A program made the position numbers and the translations under genes. 31,916 bases of DNA from Gemmatales bacterium (GTDB taxonomy: Bacteria > Planctomycetota > Planctomycetia > Gemmatales > HRBIN36), in contig JBEPZY010000011.1 of the NCBI GenBank assembly GCA_041640595.1, forward strand, positions 1 to 31,916. The letters run 5' to 3'. Numbering within the stretch: position 1 is the stretch's first letter; every line of letters starts with the position of its first letter. Shown in pieces: positions 8,522-17,418 of this stretch. The notes under the pieces were generated by a model that worked only from the letters and a program-made list of their open reading frames with translations, ran no database searches and was not told where the DNA came from.

Positions 8522-9514
8522 TTACTCCAGTATCACGGTAGTGCGACCGGTGTGGCGAAGCCAGGCAGCGAACGCTTCGGTATAGCCGTGGGTCACCCAA
8601 ACGGTTCGGGCTCCTGTCCATTCGACGGCTTGCTGCAAGCCAGGCCAGTCGGCATGATCCGAAAGGACAAAGCCGGTGCTGCAGGCAGGAGCGTAACCGC
8701 TGTAGTCAGGAAACCGGTCCAGCGGAGAACGAGGGCGTTGGATCCAGCCAGAAGCTAAGGCCCAGACGCAGGGTTGAAATGGCCGCCACCAGTTGCCGCG
8801 TCTTCCTGCCGGCGGGGCCAGGATCAACGCACGCCCTTTGTGCAGCACAGCCAGAGGATCATCAATTCGGCGAACTCGAGGAAGCCGAATCCCCGACGCG
8901 CGGTAGGCCTCGAGATGCTGCGCCACCGCGGGATGCACCAGGATCGGGCCGAGTTCGGCGTGGACGCTGGCCAGAATGCGCTGGGCCTTCCCGATACTAT
9001 ACGCAAGCACAATGCTAGTGGTGCTTTTTTGCTGATTGGCTTGCCACCATTGTTCCAGGCGAGCGATCTCGTCTTGAGGTGGCGGCCAGCGATAACAGGG
9101 CAGGCCGAAGGTGCATTCGGTACAAAATACGTCGCAGCGAATCGGCTCGAATGGATCGCAGGTCGGGTCGGGTTGCAACTTGTAGTCGCCGCTGACCACC
9201 CAGACTTCACCCGCGTATTCGAGCCTCACCTGCGCTGAGCCGAGGATATGCCCAGCTGGATGCAGTGATACCCGCACGCCGCGGTGATTTACGGTCTCGC
9301 CGTAGCGAAGCGTCTCAATGTTCGCCCGCTTGCCCAGGCGTTGCCGTAGCAGGTCTCTGCTCGGTCGAGCAGCCAGGTAATGCCGGCAACCGCGCCGGGC
9401 GTGATCGCTGTGGGCATGGGTAATAATGGCACGCTCCACCTGTCGGCACGGATCAATGTAGAAATCGCCGACCGAGCAATATAGGCCGGCCGGCGTTGGC
9501 GTTAACAGCGACAT
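8522..9514 (-). CDS. Ligase-associated DNA damage response exonuclease (MBL/beta-CASP-like)
   Basis: Motifs GLYC..GDFYIDP, THAHSDHAR, AGHILGSAQ, SGDYK, TECTFGLP, YSIGKAQR, SDHADW and VTHG. SD AAGGAGG upstream. Confidence 0.93.
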   Translation of the reverse strand: MSLLTPTPAGLYCSVGDFYIDPCRQVERAIITHAHSDHARRGCRHYLAARPSRDLLRQRLGKRANIETLRYGETVNHRGVRVSLHPAGHILGSAQVRLEYAGEVWVVSGDYKLQPDPTCDPFEPIRCDVFCTECTFGLPCYRWPPPQDEIARLEQWWQANQQKSTTSIVLAYSIGKAQRILASVHAELGPILVHPAVAQHLEAYRASGIRLPRVRRIDDPLAVLHKGRALILAPPAGRRGNWWRPFQPCVWALASGWIQRPRSPLDRFPDYSGYAPACSTGFVLSDHADWPGLQQAVEWTGARTVWVTHGYTEAFAAWLRHTGRTTVILE

Positions 9515-9664
9515 TCAGGCTGCCTCCTTGCCGAAGGGAGTAAATGGGCTGAAATTTTACGATCGTGCTACCCTCGGGAAAACGGTGTAAAATGTCGCTA
9601 GCGAACACGCAAGCGGAAGTGTTGAAGTTTGTGCACTAAGCTCGCACACACTGGAGCCGAAACG

Positions 9665-11011
9665 ATGGGCATGACTCTGACGGAGAAAATCCTGGCACGG
9701 GCAGCGGGAAAAAGCCGGGTCGAGCCCGGCGACAATATCTGGGTGCAATGCGATGTGCTGATGACGCACGATGTTTGTGGTCCGGGCACGATCGGTATTT
9801 TCAAGCAACATTTCGGGCCGAAGGCACGGGTTTGGGACCCGGAAAAGGTGGTCATCATTCCCGACCACTACATTTTCACCGCGGATGCGCGGGCCCATCG
9901 CAACATTGAAATTCTGCGGGAATTCGTGCGCGAACAGGGAATCCGCTATTATTACGACCCGGATTTCCTGCACGGAGACGGTATGCCGACTCCTTACCGC
10001 GACCCTCGTCGCACCAGTTACAAGGGAGTTTGTCATATCGCGCTGGCTGAGGAGGGCCACACTCGGCCTGGAGAAGTGCTGCTGGGAACCGACAGCCATA
10101 CGTGCACCGCCGGAGCCTTTGGCGAGTTTGCCACGGGCATCGGCAACACCGATGCGGGATTCGTGCTGGGGACAGGTCGGCTCTGGCTCAAAGTGCCTCC
10201 GACCATGCGCTTCATCTTTGAAGGGGAGTTGCCGCCGTGGTTGATGGCCAAGGACCTGATCCTGGCGGTGATCGGCGAAATCGGCTGCGACGGAGCGACC
10301 TACCGAGCTATGGAATTTACTGGCGAAGGTGTTTACAGCCTCAATATCGAGGAGCGGATGACGCTGTGCAATATGGTCATCGAAGCCGGTGGCAAAAATG
10401 GCGTCATCGAGCCAGACCAGGTGACTCTGGACTACGTCAACGCTCGCAATAAATCGGGGAAAACTTACCAGGTCGTCCGTAACGATCCCGACGCACGATT
10501 TTGCTACGAAAAGGTCTTCCGGGTCCGGCAGCTGGAGCCGCTTGTGGCCAAACCGCATTCTCCCGATCAGCGTGCCAGTATTCGGGAAGTACAGGGAATC
10601 CCGCTCGACCGTGCCTATATCGGTTCGTGTACGGGCGGAAAACTCACGGATTTCCGCGCGGCAGCGAGGATTTTGAAGGGCCGGCAGGTGCGCATTGACA
10701 CCTTTATTGTCCCAGCCACGACCGAGGTGGAAGCCCAGTTGCATACGGAAACCATAGACGGCAAATCGCTGTACGAAATTTTTGTCGAAGCAGGAGCCCG
10801 TGTAGGCCCGGCCAGTTGTGCGGCTTGCCTGGGTGGTCCGGCGGATACTTTCGGTCGGCTGAACGAACCGCTTCGCTGCATTAGTGCCACCAACCGCAAT
10901 TTCCCAGGCCGCATGGGACACAAAGATGCCCAGGTGTTCCTGGCCAGTCCGCTCACCGTAGCCGCTTCTGCGGTCGCTGGATGTATTGCCGACCCACGCG
11001 ATTACCTGTAG
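9665..11011 (+). CDS. leuC: 3-isopropylmalate dehydratase large subunit (LeuC/HacA aconitase family)
   Basis: MGMTLTEKILA start; motifs PDH, GVCH, GTDSHTCTAGAFG, [4Fe-4S] cysteines in IGSCTGG and SCAACLG, NRNFPGRMG and LASP. Confidence 0.9.
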   Translation: MGMTLTEKILARAAGKSRVEPGDNIWVQCDVLMTHDVCGPGTIGIFKQHFGPKARVWDPEKVVIIPDHYIFTADARAHRNIEILREFVREQGIRYYYDPDFLHGDGMPTPYRDPRRTSYKGVCHIALAEEGHTRPGEVLLGTDSHTCTAGAFGEFATGIGNTDAGFVLGTGRLWLKVPPTMRFIFEGELPPWLMAKDLILAVIGEIGCDGATYRAMEFTGEGVYSLNIEERMTLCNMVIEAGGKNGVIEPDQVTLDYVNARNKSGKTYQVVRNDPDARFCYEKVFRVRQLEPLVAKPHSPDQRASIREVQGIPLDRAYIGSCTGGKLTDFRAAARILKGRQVRIDTFIVPATTEVEAQLHTETIDGKSLYEIFVEAGARVGPASCAACLGGPADTFGRLNEPLRCISATNRNFPGRMGHKDAQVFLASPLTVAASAVAGCIADPRDYL

Positions 11012-11132
11012 GCCATTGGGGCTCATCGAGCCATCTGGCATGATAGTTCAGCGGTAGCCTCGAACATACGGGACCGTACCAAAAACCGAGACCCACTTTC
11101 CTTTTCAGGGCTCAGGGCGTACTTTGTTGTCC

Positions 11133-11447
11133 ATGAGCAAGGATAAACTACCATTTTCTGCCCTTGAGAAACTGGTCAACAATGTGCTGAGCTCTCTGCC
11201 GGCCCGAAATCAGCCTAGCAAACCCCGAGGCAGACCGCGAACGTACAAAGATTCCCTTTTGGTTACCCTCTGGCTCTATCAAACCGTGCACCGGCTTTCC
11301 TACCGCGAGGTACTGCGTCTGGCTAAACGGCAAGGACTTTCGGTACCTTCCCTCCGCGCTTATCACTACCGGGTGCACCAGCTTGATCCGCATCTCCAGC
11401 GAAGGTTGCTGGAAGAAGTGAACAAATCCTTGCCCCAGAAGACATAG
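11133..11447 (+). mobile_element. Truncated DDE transposase, N-terminal DNA-binding part only (IS5/IS982-like remnant)
   Basis: RGRPRTYKD...LSYRE...VPSLRAYHYR matches the GRPxxY...SYR...P...R pattern of DDE_Tnp_1-type N-termini. The ORF stops before any catalytic domain; no terminal inverted repeats were found. Confidence 0.7.
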
Positions 11448-11675
11448 CGCTTAGCGGCACGACGCTTCTGCGGCGTTTGCTGAAGTGGGAATTCGCAACC
11501 TGCACTCAAGTTCCCCAATCTGTGCATCATCTCCGGTAGTGATGCGAGAGTTCAGAATAATGACCCGCACTCTTCCCGGTCGTCGTTGTTGAGGGTTTCC
11601 AACGGTGTTGATGCGACAGTCCAGAACAATGCCTCGCAACTCTGAAAGACGGAACTACGGAGCCTGTATGCGAAA

Positions 11676-11798
11676 GATGCGCAGCGACCGAAAGCGCGGC
11701 GCTAATTTGTGTTTTAACCGCTATTAGCCGGGCAGCAGGCGAACAAACGGACGAGCGGCGATCAGCAGCGCAGCGTTAATCTGTTCCTTGACCGCTGT
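11676..11798 (-). pseudogene. Two degenerate tandem copies of a 49-nt coding fragment (possible IS4-like transposase C-terminal remnant)
   Basis: 11750-11798 and 11676-11724 match at 34/49 nt and translate on the minus strand to TAVKEQINAALLIAAR and IAVKTQISAALSVAAH. Confidence 0.45.
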
Positions 11799-12234
11799 TC
11801 GCTCCTGAAACGCCGTCTGTGACACCGGCCGAGAGTGCAGCGTTAACACGCCGGGAACTTTCGATGGCCTGGCTCTTGTACTACCTGTGCATGCCGGCAG
11901 TGTTGAACGGTTGACAGGCGCGGCGGAGTGCTGACCGCTCGGCTCATGTGCCACTCGCGCATGCCGGTCGTGAGTGATTACCTGAATGGTTCTTTTTGTC
12001 TTCTTCTTTCGGCCTTCTTTTGGCCTGTATGTTTTCACACAGGCCCCCACGAAAACCTTTCCTGGAACAGTTCCGGTGAAATCCTTGATGGCTTTCTGGG
12101 AAGTTGTAAAATGCAGAAATTCTCCGGAATGGGATGCCATGGACAAAACAGGCGACCGGGACGGTTCGTCCCGCGCCGTGATAAATAAACCGGGGCAATC
12201 TATGCGATCACCAGTTCGGCCATCAGAGGTAACC

Positions 12235-13164
12235 ATGCTGCTTAGCCTTTTCCTGGGAATGGCCTGCTGGATCGCACTCGCAGATGAGCCGCGTCTGGTT
12301 CCTCGCGGGGATGCTGTTATCCGCGGGAGGTTCCGCTCGTCGGAGATCGTCATCACAGCCACGGACCGCTTTGCCGGAGCCATTCAGTCACTGCAATGGG
12401 ACGGCAAGGAATTCCTAGACAGCTACGACCACGGACGGGGACTCCAGTCGGCTGCCAGTTTCCACTGCGGCTCGCCTGATGAATTCTGGTCCGAATGCTT
12501 TAACCCCACGGAAGCCGGGTCGCGGGCAGACGGTGTTGGTGAGAAGTCGTCCAGCAAGCTCCTGCGGATCCGCGCCGAGGGCCAGGAATTACAGACGACC
12601 ACTCAGATGGCATTTTGGCTTGCCCCAGGCGAGAAATCCTTCGGCCGTCCCGCACTCAACGATAGGGTCTTGTCGAACCACATTGTCTCGAAGCGGGTCC
12701 GCATCGGGTACAAGAAGCTGGCCAACGTCATCGAGTATGAAGTTACGTTCACCGTCCCGAAAGGAGAGCGGCACACTTACGCCCAGTTCGAGGCGTTAAC
12801 GGGGTACATGCCAGCGGAGTTCGAGAGATTCTGGACCTTCCGACCGAGTTCGGGCAAACTGGAGGAGTTGAGCGACGGTCCCGGCGAACAGGAGTTTCCC
12901 GTCGTCTTTTCGAACGCAGGTGGTACTCATGCTATGGGCATCTACTCGCCTGACCAGCCGTCGCCCGGTTATGAGAAGGCTGGCTATGGCCGATTCCGAT
13001 TTCAGGCGGAGAAGGTGGTCAAGTGGAACTGCGTGTTCCGGATACGGAGCATGAATGGGATAGCGCCAGGCAACTACCGCTTTCGAATGTTTGTTGTGAT
13101 CGGCACATTGGAGGATGTGCGGCAGTCGCTGGCGTTTCTTGTGGCCGAGTTCGCAGCGCGGTGA
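12235..13164 (+). CDS. Hypothetical exported beta-sandwich protein (possibly galactose-mutarotase-like fold)
   Basis: GAGGT SD before the ATG at 12235, signal peptide MLLSLFLGMACWIALA, and AGAIQSLQWDGKEFL, which resembles N-termini of aldose-epimerase-like supersandwich folds. Confidence 0.75.
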   Translation: MLLSLFLGMACWIALADEPRLVPRGDAVIRGRFRSSEIVITATDRFAGAIQSLQWDGKEFLDSYDHGRGLQSAASFHCGSPDEFWSECFNPTEAGSRADGVGEKSSSKLLRIRAEGQELQTTTQMAFWLAPGEKSFGRPALNDRVLSNHIVSKRVRIGYKKLANVIEYEVTFTVPKGERHTYAQFEALTGYMPAEFERFWTFRPSSGKLEELSDGPGEQEFPVVFSNAGGTHAMGIYSPDQPSPGYEKAGYGRFRFQAEKVVKWNCVFRIRSMNGIAPGNYRFRMFVVIGTLEDVRQSLAFLVAEFAAR

Positions 13165-13183
13165 GCGAGTGTGGGGCACTCGC
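13165..13183 (+). other. Perfect 7-bp GC-rich hairpin directly after the stop codon
   Basis: GCGAGTG-TGGGG-CACTCGC. No U-tract follows, so it is not a canonical intrinsic terminator. Confidence 0.5.
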
Positions 13184-13219
13184 AGGTCGAACTGAACGTC
13201 ACAACTGCCCCGAACGGGC

Positions 13220-13247
13220 TTGACAGCACGATGCGGGTTGTTATAGC
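13220..13247 (+). promoter_or_regulatory. Putative sigma70 promoter of the methyltransferase-like gene
   Basis: TTGACA (13220-13225), 16-nt spacer, TATAGC (13242-13247) with an extended TGn. GAAGGGG and an in-frame GTG at 13273 follow. Confidence 0.6.
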
Positions 13248-13272
13248 GGGCGGCGTGGTTGAAGGGGAAAGC

Positions 13273-14190
13273 GTGACAGCGATCGCGGGGAAATCGGCAG
13301 AGCAGCCGTGGTGGCGTGGGCTGCTGCATTTGGCGCAGCCGGGAAACGGCTCTGTGCCCCTGGCGCAGGAAAATGAACCATGTGCTCATGGTGTGCATCA
13401 CGGGGCACGGTCGGGTAATGGTTTCGCGCTCGCTGACGGTAACGGCGTCGCTGGGGGCAGTGATTGTGCCATCGAAATCGGTTTGCCAGCGGCCTGGGCA
13501 GACTCCTGGTTTCGTCGGGAAGCTCTGGCGGCACCGCCTGCCGACCTGGCTGAACCTTTCTCGCTTCCGTGGTTTCTGGCGCTGGAGTATCAACGGCATC
13601 ATCGGCACGGGCGATGGTTAGCAGAGGTGCTCGAATTTCGTCGCCATTCAGGCGAGACGGTTTTAGCAATTGGCCACGCACTGGGCACTGACTGGGTGCA
13701 GTACGCCCGCTATGGGGCACGGGTGATTGTTTGCAGTCCGGCAGCCGAGGAGCTGGAGGTAATCCGGCAACAATTTCAGTTGCGCGGCCTATCGGGAGCA
13801 TTCGTGCATGCTGTCCAACCGCCGTTACCTTTGCCGAACGACCTGGCCGATCTGGCCTGCGTTCAGAGATTGCTCTGCGAAACCAGGCTGGTCAATGCCT
13901 GGCTGACGGAAGTCCGACGTGTGCTCAAACCCGGCGGCAAATTGCTGGTGTTGGAGTCCGCCGAGGAACTTGCTCGCCAGTACGGCTGGAGCGGGATTCG
14001 TCAATTACGATCGCTTTTGGCCGACTTTGAATCCGTGAAGATCCGCCGACACCACTTGCCACGGCGGGAAATTGCGTGGTGGCTCCGCTGGTTACCGCGT
14101 CGCTGGCTCGAACGCCTGCTGGGCAGATTCCTGCTCATTCGCGCGGTTAAGCCAATTACCTCACCTACACTGCAACGTGCGGCAGCTTGA
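13273..14190 (+). CDS. Class I SAM-dependent methyltransferase-fold protein (degenerate motif I)
   Basis: GETVLAIGHALGTD, LPLPNDLADL and EVRRVLKPGGKLLVLE are Methyltransf_11-like. Start chosen from the promoter and SD. Confidence 0.75.
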   Translation: MTAIAGKSAEQPWWRGLLHLAQPGNGSVPLAQENEPCAHGVHHGARSGNGFALADGNGVAGGSDCAIEIGLPAAWADSWFRREALAAPPADLAEPFSLPWFLALEYQRHHRHGRWLAEVLEFRRHSGETVLAIGHALGTDWVQYARYGARVIVCSPAAEELEVIRQQFQLRGLSGAFVHAVQPPLPLPNDLADLACVQRLLCETRLVNAWLTEVRRVLKPGGKLLVLESAEELARQYGWSGIRQLRSLLADFESVKIRRHHLPRREIAWWLRWLPRRWLERLLGRFLLIRAVKPITSPTLQRAAA

Positions 14191-14315
14191 ACTGGATGGC
14201 TACCGGGTGCGCAAAAAGTTACCCTTCATGTCCTGTCCCTTGAACAAGGTTTGACAGACGCATCGGCCGTCTATACAAAGCGCACCCCTACGGAATGTCG
14301 TAACCAGACGAGATT

Positions 14316-16202
14316 TTACTCTGGAGGCGGGCGAACTGTGCCAATTTTCAGCTGGACTTCCACTGGCACAAAGTTGGGATTGGCTACCCACAAACGATAA
14401 GTTCCATCAACTTCCACGGGAAAGATTAAGGGCGGATTATCGCGAGTCTGAACGTCCCTGATAACACGATTGTTCCGCGGATCAAGCACTTCGATTCGTA
14501 CTTCATTCGCAGGAAACGGAACCGCAGCGACAAGGCATATTTCTCCCTTCGCCAGTTTGACCGTTAGCTGTTGCTGCAAGAACGGTGGAATCGTGAGTTG
14601 GCGATCCACGATAATGCGAGCATCGGGCCTTATTGCCGGCGGCTTCGCCAACCTCGGACGTGTACGGCGCTTGAGCATTTCTTCTATCTCTTCGGGGGTA
14701 TGGCTCAACTCGGGCCTGTTCAGCAAGTCGTGCAGATGGCGGATTTCCAGGGCGAAATTCAGACCCTCGAGATTGACATCCCGCATGCCGCTGCGCCGAA
14801 TAACAAGCGTGTTGATTCCCACGACCTGGCCGTCGTAATCGAAAAGCGGACCACCGCTGTTGCCTGGATTGACACTGGCTGTGGTTTGCAGAAACTTCAT
14901 GGGCTTGAGGTCCTGAAATTCTCGGCCCACACCGGAAATGATGCCCTCGGTGAGAGTCAGAGGGAGTACATCTCCACTAGCACCAGCACCTGGATGGCCA
15001 ATGGCGAATACTTTCTCGCCCTGAGGCGGCTGATAATCGGCCGGCGCTAACCGCACGGGCCGAATGTTATTTTCCCGCAACTTTTCCCGAATGGCATCAC
15101 AGTCCAGGAGTGCGACATCGGCCTCTTTGGACATGCGCACAATCCGGACTTCTGGCGACCTGGCGGTAACGATTGGCTTGCCTTTCGTGTCCAGGAACAA
15201 CACGGCCAGTCCGGCCGCAGCATTTTCGATAACGTGATTGTTGGTGGCCACGTACCATTGGCCATTGTGCTCCACCAGAAAGCCAGAACCGCTGCCGGCC
15301 CGTTTTTCGTCCACACGCACTAAAATCAGAGGCACTGACGGGGCCAATTCCTGAAACAAGTCCTTCAGAGCCTTGGGCTTGGGTTCCGCAGACTCGGTCC
15401 TCGGTGGCGGCTTATCCTGTGGTGGTTGCGGTTTGTCGGATGGGTTTGCGGGTTTTGTCGGAGCAGGTTGCGGCGCACTTGGCGGTTCTCGATTTCCCGG
15501 CGGAGTCGTAGCGTCCGAGCTAGCGGGTGGCTTGGCCGGCGCTGCTGGTGGCTTGTTTTGCTCCCGATTTGGATTTTGCTGGACCGGACCCGGTGGGTTT
15601 GATTCCTGCTGCCCGCCAGTCCGCCCCGCGACAGAAGAAGCGCCAGGCTGGCGCATCAGGATGAAAGTCATAATGATGGCGACCAGCGCGACCAACGCTA
15701 AACCGCTTCCGACCGCAACCGCGATAATGGTGCGCCAATCGCGACTGTGGGTCGGGATCGGCGGAGGGGGCGGCATGATAGGCGGCAAGGATGCTCCCCC
15801 GGCAGGATAGGAACACGGAGCCGCGACCGGCCCAGGCGAAACTGCTGGACTCGGAGGAGCCACTGGCGGAACACCAGCCGAGCCGCCCGCCGCTTGCCGA
15901 TTCGGAAGCGAAACAGCAATGGTCGGTGGTAGGTCCGCTGCACTGGGAGAAGTCGCCGGAGTAGCACTCACCACAAATCCGGCACCGCACTTTTTACAAC
16001 GCACCGACTTTCCCTGCAAACTGGCACCCACGCGAAACGCAGTGCCGCAATGTGGACAGGTACACGTAATCGCATCCGCAGCGCCGGTTTTGCCGGAAAA
16101 GTTCGCCAGCGTTGTTTTACCACAAGCGTAACAGACCCAATCGCCCCGTGAATTAGTCGCCCCCTGAACCGAACCACAATAGCTGCAACGAGACATTGCC
16201 AT
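14316..16202 (-). CDS. Zinc-ribbon / TM / Pro-rich linker / trypsin-like (S1C) serine protease with C-terminal beta-sandwich
   Basis: Two CxxC...CxxC ribbons (CSYC/CYAC and CPHC/CKKC), one TM helix, triad motifs TNNHVI, DVALL and NPGNSGGP. No PDZ domain. Confidence 0.9.
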   Translation of the reverse strand: MAMSRCSYCGSVQGATNSRGDWVCYACGKTTLANFSGKTGAADAITCTCPHCGTAFRVGASLQGKSVRCKKCGAGFVVSATPATSPSAADLPPTIAVSLPNRQAAGGSAGVPPVAPPSPAVSPGPVAAPCSYPAGGASLPPIMPPPPPIPTHSRDWRTIIAVAVGSGLALVALVAIIMTFILMRQPGASSVAGRTGGQQESNPPGPVQQNPNREQNKPPAAPAKPPASSDATTPPGNREPPSAPQPAPTKPANPSDKPQPPQDKPPPRTESAEPKPKALKDLFQELAPSVPLILVRVDEKRAGSGSGFLVEHNGQWYVATNNHVIENAAAGLAVLFLDTKGKPIVTARSPEVRIVRMSKEADVALLDCDAIREKLRENNIRPVRLAPADYQPPQGEKVFAIGHPGAGASGDVLPLTLTEGIISGVGREFQDLKPMKFLQTTASVNPGNSGGPLFDYDGQVVGINTLVIRRSGMRDVNLEGLNFALEIRHLHDLLNRPELSHTPEEIEEMLKRRTRPRLAKPPAIRPDARIIVDRQLTIPPFLQQQLTVKLAKGEICLVAAVPFPANEVRIEVLDPRNNRVIRDVQTRDNPPLIFPVEVDGTYRLWVANPNFVPVEVQLKIGTVRPPPE

Positions 16203-16593
16203 GTGTGGTCTCCTCGTCGGCTGCCTGTTTCCATTAGCCTATCCGAGGACAGGGGGTTTGTCCAGTAAATTCTGCAAATGCGTTGCCCGCAGACGAACCG
16301 CCAGGTGGTCTGGGGGACGGCAGGGATTGCATTTTGCCCTCGGCGGATTCCTTGCTTGTGGAGCGATCTCCGGAATGTGCCGATATGCGTGGCCGGTATG
16401 TTTGCTGTAACTGGCAATCGCAAGCCGGGAAAATAGCCGTAGCGATCTCCTGGCTTGCAATTTTCCCACCTGGGCACGACGATTAACTACGAATAGGACA
16501 CGCCGTCTGGATTGGTTCGACGGACTGCGATCGGGATACGGACACCGGGTATCCAGCCGCGACGAGAATTCGATCAACCGGAGTAACTGCACC

Positions 16594-17418
16594 ATGACCA
16601 GCGCCGCACCAGCTGCCGAGAGTTTCTGGGTATCGCTCTACCGGCGTGCAGGGGAATTTATTTATTTTTGGGGCGACGCTGCGGAGTTTACCTGGCGGTT
16701 GCTTCGCTGGCTGGTGACCCGCCGACCGTGTCGGGGTACTATCCTGCCGAATTTCTACCAGATCGGCGTGCGCAGCGTGCCGGTAATCGCCACGACGGGA
16801 TTGTTTATCGGCATGGTGCTGGCGGTGCAGAGTTACGCGGAGTTTACGCGTTTTCCGGGGATGAAAAGCTGGCTGGGAGCAGCGATCAACGCCAGCATCA
16901 TCCGCGAACTCGGGCCGGTGCTGGCAGCCACTATGCTCGCCGGTCGTGTCGGCAGTGCCCTCGCGGCGGAACTCGGCACCATGCGCATCACTGAACAAAT
17001 TGACGCCCTGTGGTGTTTGGGAGTCAATCCTATCCACTACCTGGTGGTACCACGTTTTCTGGCCTGCGTGGTGCTTATTCCCCTGCTGACCGTGGTGGCC
17101 GATTGCATGGGCGTACTCGGAGGAGCATTCATCAGCACCCAGTACTTCGGCATGGAATCGTTTGAATACTGGCGGGTGTCGCAGGAAAAGATCGGCTTGT
17201 GGGACATCTTCTGCGGGCTGACGAAAAGCACCGCGTTCGGAGCCGCCATCGCCGTGATCAGCTGCCATCGCGGGTTCCAGAGTAGCGGCGGTGCCGAAGG
17301 AGTTGGCCGAGCCGCTACCGATGCCTTCGTCTTTTCCTTCGTGGCGATACTCGTTCTCGACTTTTTCCTGGGTCTATTATTCAACGGCGTGTCAGCGATG
17401 CTCTGGCCACGGAGCTAG
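16594..17418 (+). CDS. mlaE: MlaE-family ABC transporter permease
   Basis: Motifs RELGPVLAATMLAGRVGSALAAELGTMRITEQIDAL, PIHYLVVPR and GGAEGVGRA. Confidence 0.93.
   Translation: MTSAAPAAESFWVSLYRRAGEFIYFWGDAAEFTWRLLRWLVTRRPCRGTILPNFYQIGVRSVPVIATTGLFIGMVLAVQSYAEFTRFPGMKSWLGAAINASIIRELGPVLAATMLAGRVGSALAAELGTMRITEQIDALWCLGVNPIHYLVVPRFLACVVLIPLLTVVADCMGVLGGAFISTQYFGMESFEYWRVSQEKIGLWDIFCGLTKSTAFGAAIAVISCHRGFQSSGGAEGVGRAATDAFVFSFVAILVLDFFLGLLFNGVSAMLWPRS

Noticed and set aside
9557..11041. 494-aa antisense ORF opposite leuC, plus similar shadow ORFs opposite mlaE, the SDRs and others
   Set aside because: They mirror well-supported genes in GC-rich DNA and have no recognisable motifs.
11451..11639. 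62-aa minus-strand ORF in the decayed patch
   Set aside because: No SD or family motif I can recognise; it may be a gene relic but cannot be supported.
11448..11735. Integron attC-like ends (TTAGCGGC, TTAGCCGG)
   Set aside because: No proper RYYYAAC...GTTRRRY pair with internal symmetry, and no integrase or cassette array.
12022..12045. Hairpin as an intrinsic terminator
   Set aside because: The T-run precedes the stem on + and no U-tract follows on either strand.
16420..16458. 11-bp imperfect inverted repeat (GCAAGCCGGGA...TCCTGGCTTGC) in the protease/mlaE divergent region
   Set aside because: Single isolated stem with no second copy in the window and no riboswitch or REP signature.
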